Below, piece by piece: positions 55,849 through 64,000 of a DNA stretch of 64,000 nucleotides; position 1 is the first letter of the stretch, and every line of letters starts with the position of its first letter. The stretch spans positions 16,517 to 80,516 of the forward strand of contig JANXVA010000180.1 of the NCBI GenBank assembly GCA_025351875.1. Direction: 5' to 3'. Below the pieces are notes generated by a model that saw only the letters and a program-made list of their open reading frames with translations, searched no databases and was not told where the DNA came from. Source of the DNA: Myxococcales bacterium. GTDB taxonomy: Bacteria > Myxococcota_A > Polyangia > Polyangiales > Polyangiaceae. Position numbers and translations under genes: made by a program.

Positions 55849-57825
55849 ATGTCGGACCGAATCAACGTACGAAGTCTGCTCGAGCAGAAGGGCCAACTCG
55901 CCGATGACGTCGTCGCCATCAAGGCGAACGGCACGATCATCGATCTCCACTCCTTCGTCGACCCCACGACGACGTTCGAGCTCGTTCGCAAGACGGACAA
56001 GGACGGCCTCCAGGTCATCCGCCACTCGACGGCGCACGTCATGGCGGACGCGGTCCAGAGGCTCTTCCCCGGCACGAAGGTGACCATCGGTCCCGCGATC
56101 GAGGACGGCTTCTACTACGACTTCGACAAACCGGGCGGCGGCTTCACCGAGGAAGACCTCGCGAAGATCGAGAAGACGATCCGCGAGATCGTGAAGAGCA
56201 ACACTCCCTTCCGCCGCGAGGTCGTCACGCGCGACCAGGCGCTGGCGCTGTTCGAGAAGATGGGCGAGACCTTCAAGGTCGAGATCATCAAGTCGATCCC
56301 CGAAGGCGAGGAGATCAGCCTCTACAAGCACGGCACCCACGAGAAATCGCAGAACTACGACAAGGACTGGGTCGACGTCTGCGAGGGGCCCCACGTGCCG
56401 CGCACGAGCAACCTCGGCGCCGTGAAGCTCACGAGCGTCGCCGGCGCGTACTGGCGTGGCGACGAGCGCAACCCGATGCTCCAGCGCATCTACGGCACCG
56501 CGTTCGCGACGCAGGAGGCGCTCGACGAGCACCTCAAGCTCATCGAAGAGGCAAAGGCACGCGACCATCGCAAGCTCGGCAAGGAGCTCGAGCTCTTCAT
56601 CTTCGATCCGGTCGCCCCGGCGATGCCGTTCTTCCTCCCGCGCGGCGCGTTCCTCTACAACGCGCTCGTCCAGTACATGCGCGAGATGTACGCGATCGAT
56701 GGCTACGACGAGGTCATCACGCCGCAGGCGTTCGACCCGAAGCTGTTCCGCACGAGCGGTCACCTCGGCAACTACAACGAGAACATGTACCGCCTCTGGA
56801 CGGAGGACCTCCTCGAGGAGCTCACCGCGAAGGACAAGGACGGCAACGAGAAGAGCACCGCGGAGTTCATCAAGCGGCTCCAGGACAACTCGTTCGCCAT
56901 CAAGCCGATGAACTGCCCGAGCCACTGCGTGATCTTCGGCTCACGTCGCCGGAGCTACCGCGAGCTCCCCTGGCGGATGGCCGACTTCGGCCGGCTCCAT
57001 CGCTACGAGCGCGGCGGCGTCGTTCACGGCCTCTCGCGCGTGCGCACGTTCTGCCAGGACGACGCGCACATCTTCTGCACTCGCGAGCAAGTGGCCGGCG
57101 AGATCGAGAAGTTCATGAAGCTCTTCTACCGGGTCTACAAGGCCTTCGGCTTCGAGAAGATCGACGTGAAGCTCGCGACCCGCCCCGAAAAACGCGTCGG
57201 CAGCGACGAGTTCTGGGACATGGCCGAGAGCGCCCTCCAGAAGGGCCTCGAGAGCGCCGGTCTCACGTTCGAGATCCTCCCCGGCGAGGGCGCGTTCTAC
57301 GGTCCGAAGATCGAGTTCCACGTGCAGGATGCGCTCAAGCGCAGCTGGCAGCTCGGAACGATGCAGTACGACCCGAACCTGCCCGAGCGCTTCGAGCTCG
57401 ACTACGTCGGCGAGGACGGCAAGGAGCATCGCCCGGTGATGCTCCATCGCGCGATCTTCGGCTCGCTCGAGCGCTTCATCAGCGTCTACATCGAGCATTG
57501 CGGCGGGAACTTCCCGGCGTGGATCGCGCCGATGCAGGCGAAGCTCCTCACCGTCAGCGACAAGAGCGAGGCCTACGGCCGTGACGTGCTCGCGCGCCTC
57601 AAGGCCAGGAGCTTCCGCGTCGAGGGCAATTTCTCCGGCGACAAGCTCGGCGCGAAGATCCGCGACGCGCGCACGGCTCGCCATCCCTACATGATCGTCA
57701 TCGGCGAGAAGGACGCCGAGGCCGGTACGGTTTCGGTCCGCTCGCGCGACAAGGGCGAGCTCGGCGCGATGCCGTTCGACCAGTTTTCCGCGATGCTCGC
57801 CGAAGAGAGCAAGCTCCCCCTGTAG
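55849..57825 (+). CDS. thrS: Threonine--tRNA ligase
   Basis: RHSTAH, GPAIEDGFYYD, CEGPH, RDHRKLG, KPMNCP, RYE, GAFYGPK, HRAIFGSLERF. Confidence 0.98.
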   Translation: MSDRINVRSLLEQKGQLADDVVAIKANGTIIDLHSFVDPTTTFELVRKTDKDGLQVIRHSTAHVMADAVQRLFPGTKVTIGPAIEDGFYYDFDKPGGGFTEEDLAKIEKTIREIVKSNTPFRREVVTRDQALALFEKMGETFKVEIIKSIPEGEEISLYKHGTHEKSQNYDKDWVDVCEGPHVPRTSNLGAVKLTSVAGAYWRGDERNPMLQRIYGTAFATQEALDEHLKLIEEAKARDHRKLGKELELFIFDPVAPAMPFFLPRGAFLYNALVQYMREMYAIDGYDEVITPQAFDPKLFRTSGHLGNYNENMYRLWTEDLLEELTAKDKDGNEKSTAEFIKRLQDNSFAIKPMNCPSHCVIFGSRRRSYRELPWRMADFGRLHRYERGGVVHGLSRVRTFCQDDAHIFCTREQVAGEIEKFMKLFYRVYKAFGFEKIDVKLATRPEKRVGSDEFWDMAESALQKGLESAGLTFEILPGEGAFYGPKIEFHVQDALKRSWQLGTMQYDPNLPERFELDYVGEDGKEHRPVMLHRAIFGSLERFISVYIEHCGGNFPAWIAPMQAKLLTVSDKSEAYGRDVLARLKARSFRVEGNFSGDKLGAKIRDARTARHPYMIVIGEKDAEAGTVSVRSRDKGELGAMPFDQFSAMLAEESKLPL

Positions 57826-57886
57826 CGAAGCCGGACACGAGATCACACGGACGGCTCGGAGCTCCGTGTCTACTCGTCTTCGTCTA

Positions 57887-58813
57887 CTAACGCGGCTTCG
57901 GGTTCGTGGGCGACTCGGCGTCGTCGGCGGGGCGGCGCAGCGCGTGGTTATCCATCGCGATCGCCGCCATGTTCGCGAGCGCGCGGAAGAGCGCGAGGTC
58001 GTCGGGCCCGAAGGCATCCGCTCGCGAGACGCTGTCGGCGTAGAGCACGCCGACCGTGCCGCCACCCGGGTTGATCGGCACGGCCATCGCCGCCTTGATC
58101 GCGGCGTCCTCCTTTGGGTCGCCTGGCAGCGACGTGTCGCGCGAGACGTCCGAGAACGAGGTGGGGCTGCCCTTGTCGACGACCCAGTCGACGACGCGCT
58201 TGCTGTACGGGCGCGGGGCCGCGCCGACGAACGTCTTCAGGACCTTCGGCTTCATCTGGAGCGACTGCTCGTCGAGTGTGAGCAGCGCGATGCGATCGAC
58301 CTCGAGGACCTGCACGGCGAGGACGATGATCTCCTCGAGCGTGCGGTCGAGCCCCAGCTCGCCCACCAGCAGCTCGCTCGCGCGGATCAGGAGGAAGAGC
58401 CTGTCCTTGTAGCGCTGGTCGTCGACGAAGACGGGCTCCCTGTTGACGCGCTTGCCGAGCGCGGCCTCGAGACCGATCGGGGAAGGGAGCGTCTGGGCGC
58501 CGCCGGAGTGCTTCGGCTGGCGCATCGTCGCGCCTTCGAGGAGAAACGTGATGTCGCCACAGCGGAACGAGTCGCCCTCGACGAGCTCGCACGTGGCCAC
58601 TCGCTTGCCGTCGAAGTAGAGCCCGTTCTTGCTCTGGAGGTCGGCGACGCGAACCTTCGTGCCGTCGTAGTCGAGCTGCGCGTGCTTCCGCGACAGGCTC
58701 TTGTGCATGCAGACGATCTGGTTTTCCTTCGTCCGGCCGATGGTCGAGGTGCCTGGGGAGAGGAGGAGGGTCTGCTCCTCGGAGGTCCCCGGATTCATCA
58801 CGAGCGAGAGCAC
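57887..58813 (-). CDS. FHA + GAF domain protein with no output domain
   Basis: IGR, SRKHA, DLQSKNG (FHA); GAF-like AAMAVPI..GVLYAD..DDLALF. Confidence 0.85.
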   Translation of the reverse strand: MLSLVMNPGTSEEQTLLLSPGTSTIGRTKENQIVCMHKSLSRKHAQLDYDGTKVRVADLQSKNGLYFDGKRVATCELVEGDSFRCGDITFLLEGATMRQPKHSGGAQTLPSPIGLEAALGKRVNREPVFVDDQRYKDRLFLLIRASELLVGELGLDRTLEEIIVLAVQVLEVDRIALLTLDEQSLQMKPKVLKTFVGAAPRPYSKRVVDWVVDKGSPTSFSDVSRDTSLPGDPKEDAAIKAAMAVPINPGGGTVGVLYADSVSRADAFGPDDLALFRALANMAAIAMDNHALRRPADDAESPTNPKPR

Positions 58814-59080
58814 GTCGCGCACGTTACCACGGCCGTTTGGCCAGGTTTGGGCGGCGTAGGAGGGTGATTAGCGAAGGATCGTGGGCGCTTCGCGGTAGTT
58901 TTCCGCGACCGGCACGCGATGTCGCGCCGAAAAAAGCGTGAAATTCAGGGCCCGCCGGGGTTGACCCCACCCCACGTCCCGGGGAAGACTGCACCTGTCT
59001 CCGTGGGCGCGCGCTCGAACACCGTTTTGGCACGATCCCCGTGGGCGTTTTTCACTCTTTCGAGGAGGTCTCTTTAACCA

Positions 59081-59830
<750 letters not shown>

Positions 59831-59878
59831 GGCGAGACGAGCCGCGAGACAAGCCCGCGGCGTGAACAGGCAGGGCGA

Positions 59879-60556
59879 ATGAAGCGCTGGAAGCTCTCTC
59901 CAAGATCCACCGCTCTCGCCCTGCCGCTCGTGATCGGAGCGCTGTCATGGTGCGCGCTCCGGCTCGCGGTCGCTCCCGTCGGGGATGCGATCGCGAGTGG
60001 CCTCGCGCGAGCGGTTCCGCCCGCCGCGAGCGCAGCGCCAACAGCCGCGCCGGAGAGCGAGTCCGCGTCGCCGTCGGTCGCGCCGATCCCGGACCCGACC
60101 GACGAGCAACTCGAAGCCGTCGGTGCGCTTCCGCGACGGGTGGCGTCGCGGGGGCCGTCCGCCCATCGAGCCGGCCCGGCCGACCGGGCGGGCGATATCG
60201 CGAACGAGGGGGGGGCTGTCGCCGCCGCGTCGGCGCCCGGCGATGCGCCCAAGGCAACGATCTTCGTTCCCGCCGCGATCGTCGCGCGCGCGCTCGAGCG
60301 TCGTGACGTGGGAGCCACGAACGCGCTCACGGCGGACGGCTCACAGCTCGGGGCGCGCCTCGTGGGCGTCGGGAAATACCGCACGGGGCTTCGGGACGGT
60401 GACGTCGTCGTCTCGGTCGCGGGTACACGCACACCCAACGTGAGCGCGATGACCTCCGCCGCGATGCAGGCCGCCGCCAGCGGAGCACCGCGGATCTCCG
60501 GCCGGGTCGTGCGGGGCGAGACGAGCATCGCCGTGACGCTCGAGTTGCCCAAGTGA
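59879..60556 (+). CDS. Hypothetical protein with C-terminal PDZ-like (GspC-like) domain
   Basis: N-terminal TM; GARLVGV..GLRDGDVVVSVAG. Confidence 0.65.
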   Translation: MKRWKLSPRSTALALPLVIGALSWCALRLAVAPVGDAIASGLARAVPPAASAAPTAAPESESASPSVAPIPDPTDEQLEAVGALPRRVASRGPSAHRAGPADRAGDIANEGGAVAAASAPGDAPKATIFVPAAIVARALERRDVGATNALTADGSQLGARLVGVGKYRTGLRDGDVVVSVAGTRTPNVSAMTSAAMQAAASGAPRISGRVVRGETSIAVTLELPK

Positions 60557-60668
60557 CCGCCGCCGTCACGCGAGGCCTCATGGTCGGTGGAGTGGTCGGC
60601 GCGCCTCTCGTACTCATTTTTCGATAACTGCATGCATTTGCAGCAGCTCCTGGCACCTTCCGTACGAG

Positions 60669-62891
60669 GTGCAGGAGTCGATCGAAGCCCGCGGGAGCCT
60701 GTCGCCACAGACGCGGCGGGAGCGCCGAATGCCGCCTGTTGGCGTTGCTTGGTGCCTGCAGCCCATGGCCGCAGCCGCGATCGGCGCGGCGGTCGGCGAG
60801 GCCGGTCGAACGGTCCTCGTCGGCGTCAAGGCGGGATACCGAGCCGACATCGTGCTGTCGGCCGGGCTCGAGACGTTCGCCCTCGTGCTCCTGCCCACGG
60901 GGCTCGCGGTCCTCGGGCTTGCTCTTCTCCTTCGCGATCGGCGCACCGCCGTCTTCATCCGTAAAGCTCCACGGCTCCTCGCCGGCGGGCGCTCCATCGG
61001 ACACGTGTCGATCGCGATCATGCTGCTCGTGGGCATGGGGCTCGGCTCGATCGCCGTGGCCCGCGCGCTCGGCCGACTCCTCGCGACGTCCGCGAGCCCC
61101 GAGGTCGCCGTCACGGCCACCGCGCTATGCGTGGTCGCCACGCTGTTCCTCGGTCTCCTTGTCGCGTCGCGCGTCGGCCCTCTCGCCTCGCGGCTGCTCG
61201 CAGGGCCCGAGCGAAGGGTCGGGCTCCTACGCCAACCGGTCTTTGCCTTCGCCATGAGCGCCGTTCTCGGTAGCTTCACGGCCCTCGAGATCCTTCCCCG
61301 CGAGGTCTTCGTCCTCACGACGGCGGCGTTCGCGGCGTTCGTCGTCGGGGCGTGGGCTCCCACCGCACGGCTCGAGAGCTTTCTTCGCTCGCGGGGAACG
61401 CTCGCGGCGGTGGTCTTCGCCCTGACGTCGCTTGCGTTTCCGATGTTCTCGCGCCTCGCGCCCGTCGCGCGAGAGCTCACGCTGCAGTCCCGCGCGGCGG
61501 CCTCGGTCATCACCGTCGTGCGTGTCTTCGGCGACCGCGACCACGACGGCTACTCGACGATCCTCGGAGGCGGCGATTGCGACGATGGCAACGCTGCGAT
61601 TCATCCAGGTGCGCACGACGTTCCCGGAAATGGCATCGACGAAAACTGCTCCGGCAGCGACGCCGCGATCATGAGCGTCGCGGCGCAACGCGATGTCCCG
61701 CGTCCGTCGACCGTGCCGGAGCGGCCGAACATCGTGATGATCCAGCTCGACGCAATGCGCCCCGACCATCTCGGGTTCGCCGGCTATCCGCGGCCCACGT
61801 CGCCGAACCTCGACCGCTTTCGTGAGACTGCCACGTGGTTCCGGCGTGCGTATACGCGAGGCACGAGCACGCGCGTGGCGCTCCCCGCGATCTTCATCGC
61901 CGAGGACATCGACAGCGTTCCGCAGAAGCGCGGCCCTGCCATGGAGATCGAGCTGTTCCCCGGTCCCGAGACGCTCGCGGAGGCCCTCGCCGAGGTGCAC
62001 TACGATCGCGTCGGTTTCACGATCTCCTATGTCATCCAGCACATCCGGGGTGCCGGCCGCGGATTCCGCACGTGGGACACTCCCTGGCCCACGGATCAGT
62101 GGGACGCGGCCGCTCCCACGGCGGCGACGACGACGACGGATGCCGCGCTCGGCTATCTCGACGAGCCGCATGACGCGCCGTTCTTTCTCTTCGTCCATTA
62201 CCAGTGCACGCACGACACCTATTCAGCGAACCCGCGCTGGCCGTTCGGCTCGTCCCCGATCGACCAGTACGACAGCGCGGCGGCCTACTGCGACGACGAG
62301 CTCGGGCGGCTCTTTCGTGCGCTCGACGCGCGGGCCGATGCCGGTCGTACCGCCACGATCGTCTTCTCCGATCACGGCGAGCTCTTCGGCGAGCACGGCT
62401 ACAGCAACCACGGCAACTCGCTCTACGAGCCCGACGCGCGGGTCGTGCTCCTGGCCCGCGTTCCAGGGCTCTCCGCACGTACCGTCGACGTTCCGGTTTC
62501 GCTCGTGGACCTCAACCCGACCCTTCGCGCGCTCGCTGGCGCGAGGGTCGCCCGGATCGACCCGGCGCCGTGGAACCTCCTCTCGCTGATGGGTGGTGGC
62601 GACCCCGCGCCCTGGCAGACGAGACCGATCTTCTCCTCCGTCGACGTCAACACGCTGACGGGGCGCCGGACCGCGCGCGGTGTGGTGCGCGGGCGCTACA
62701 AGCTCATGTCCGACGGGGCGACGGACAAGAAGAAGCTCTTCGACCTCATCGACGACCCGCTGGAGCAGCGCGACCTGAGCGCCGTTCTGCTGGCCGAGGC
62801 CGCCGATCTCCAGGAGATCCTCGAGGGCCGAGACGCCGTGGTCCTGAAGCCCTACGCAGGTGCCGACCACGGGAGCGTGAATCGGCGTTAG
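60669..62891 (+). CDS. Multi-TM alkaline-phosphatase/sulfatase-fold enzyme with MopE-like Asp/Cys motif
   Basis: TM region; DCDDGNAAIHPGAHDVPGNGIDENC; DAMR, AYTRGTST, SDHGE, HG; start uncertain. Confidence 0.85.
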   Translation: MQESIEARGSLSPQTRRERRMPPVGVAWCLQPMAAAAIGAAVGEAGRTVLVGVKAGYRADIVLSAGLETFALVLLPTGLAVLGLALLLRDRRTAVFIRKAPRLLAGGRSIGHVSIAIMLLVGMGLGSIAVARALGRLLATSASPEVAVTATALCVVATLFLGLLVASRVGPLASRLLAGPERRVGLLRQPVFAFAMSAVLGSFTALEILPREVFVLTTAAFAAFVVGAWAPTARLESFLRSRGTLAAVVFALTSLAFPMFSRLAPVARELTLQSRAAASVITVVRVFGDRDHDGYSTILGGGDCDDGNAAIHPGAHDVPGNGIDENCSGSDAAIMSVAAQRDVPRPSTVPERPNIVMIQLDAMRPDHLGFAGYPRPTSPNLDRFRETATWFRRAYTRGTSTRVALPAIFIAEDIDSVPQKRGPAMEIELFPGPETLAEALAEVHYDRVGFTISYVIQHIRGAGRGFRTWDTPWPTDQWDAAAPTAATTTTDAALGYLDEPHDAPFFLFVHYQCTHDTYSANPRWPFGSSPIDQYDSAAAYCDDELGRLFRALDARADAGRTATIVFSDHGELFGEHGYSNHGNSLYEPDARVVLLARVPGLSARTVDVPVSLVDLNPTLRALAGARVARIDPAPWNLLSLMGGGDPAPWQTRPIFSSVDVNTLTGRRTARGVVRGRYKLMSDGATDKKKLFDLIDDPLEQRDLSAVLLAEAADLQEILEGRDAVVLKPYAGADHGSVNRR

Positions 62892-62901
62892 GCTCTCGTG
62901 C

Positions 62902-64000
62902 ATGAAACTCCGTGCCGCTTTCCTGGCCGCGACGCTCACTCTCCTCAGCACCAGCGCCGCGCACGCGGTTCTCTCGTCGAGCGAGAAGGGGCAGATTCGC
63001 GACTTCGTCTCGAGCGCCCACGCCGAGAATGCCGTGCGCGTTCGTGCGCTCGTCGCGCGCACGGACCTCACCGCCGAGGAGTCGATTGCGGCGCTGTCCG
63101 AGGCTGTCGTCCCGGTGCCCTTCACCGATCAACGGGCGGTCTTCCTGCGCGAGCTCACCTTCGGCGTGTCGAGCGCGTCGTCCCGACCGCTCCTCGCGCA
63201 GGCCGTCACGCGGGCGCTCTTGCTGCGCGCGGACGCCGTCTTCCAGAAGTACGTCGGCGGCCTGGATCATGAGCCGGGGGCGATCTCCGAGCTCGTCGCG
63301 ATCTACTCGTTCCTCGACGGGACGATCGCCAACGCGGGACGTCCCACGCTCGCCGCGCACGACGCGAGCGCCGGCGTCTCCGCTGCTGCTTACGACGCAT
63401 GCTCGAAGGAGCTCCGTGATCACGTCGAGCGCAACGCGCGCTGGCTCAAGGGGGAGGGCGTCGTCGCCGAGAGCGTTGGTCGCGTCCGCGCGCAGGCGCA
63501 GGCGGCGCTGCTCGACATGCTTCCCGACGGGCTCACACGCCGCGTCGACGCGTCCGACCGGCTCGGCCTCCAGGGGGCGCGTCGCAAGATCCTCACCGAG
63601 TGGGGCATCCTCTTCGCCGATGCCGGCAAGCTCGATGATGCCGCGGTCGGTCGCGTGCACGAGGCCCTCACGCGTACGCCGGGAGCGCGCGTCGATCTCG
63701 AGGTGATCTACGCCGGAGAGGACCGAGGACCGCTGCGCGCGCGCGGGATCGTGGCGTTCGTCGGGGGCGGCGCGGGCGACGCGAATCCCTTCGGAGAGGA
63801 GCTGACGCCCAGCAAGGTCGACCCGTCGACCGCGACGATCATCCAGGACCTCGTGGTCCTTGCCGTGAAACGTGCGCTCGACAATCGCGGCGAGCTGCGG
63901 CTCCAGGCCGAGCACGATGCGGCCGCTGCTCAGGGGGCGGGCGCGAAGATGCTCGGCAAGCCTCGCGCGCCGAGCGTCGAGCACGTCGTCGGTGCGGCCG
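62902..64000 (+). CDS. Secreted hypothetical helical protein, partial (runs off the window; absent from the ORF track)
   Basis: ATG AAA CTC CGT GCC..., signal peptide MKLRAAFLAATLTLLSTSAAHA; frame appears open to 64000. Confidence 0.75.
   Translation, partial: MKLRAAFLAATLTLLSTSAAHAVLSSSEKGQIRDFVSSAHAENAVRVRALVARTDLTAEESIAALSEAVVPVPFTDQRAVFLRELTFGVSSASSRPLLAQAVTRALLLRADAVFQKYVGGLDHEPGAISELVAIYSFLDGTIANAGRPTLAAHDASAGVSAAAYDACSKELRDHVERNARWLKGEGVVAESVGRVRAQAQAALLDMLPDGLTRRVDASDRLGLQGARRKILTEWGILFADAGKLDDAAVGRVHEALTRTPGARVDLEVIYAGEDRGPLRARGIVAFVGGGAGDANPFGEELTPSKVDPSTATIIQDLVVLAVKRALDNRGELRLQAEHDAAAAQGAGAKMLGKPRAPSVEHVVGAA

Noticed and set aside
58990-59040. TGGCACG upstream of infC as a sigma-54 site
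   Set aside because: The -12 TTGC element is missing at the required spacing

Overview
High-GC (roughly 70%) chromosomal segment that reads like a myxobacterium of the Polyangiales (Labilithrix/Sorangium-like; inferred from gene style, not from a search). It holds about 58 credible CDS and one tRNA-Val(GAC). I saw no CRISPR array, integrase or transposase. Housekeeping genes are the 3' end of ku, thrS, infC, bolA, a CGFS glutaredoxin fusion and a deoxynucleoside kinase. They sit among many envelope genes, including about 18 predicted lipoproteins, five of them very Cys-rich. Most interesting candidates: (1) an envelope thiol-redox locus at 33.0-39.6 kb, made of a thioredoxin-fold/di-heme peroxidase fusion, a DUF6029-like outer-membrane barrel ending in CxxGxC, two CxxC lipoproteins and a 43-Cys lipoprotein; (2) a structured non-coding RNA or attenuator candidate at 29.45-29.70 kb with an anti-SD loop and mutually exclusive terminator stems; (3) an astA-like acyltransferase, AurF-like diiron enzyme and hydrolase operon with no other ast genes; (4) TAnnnT -10 boxes 6-8 nt before nine start codons, suggesting widespread leaderless translation; (5) a hairpin-rich intergenic repeat family. 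Family names come from motif recognition only; no database search was run.
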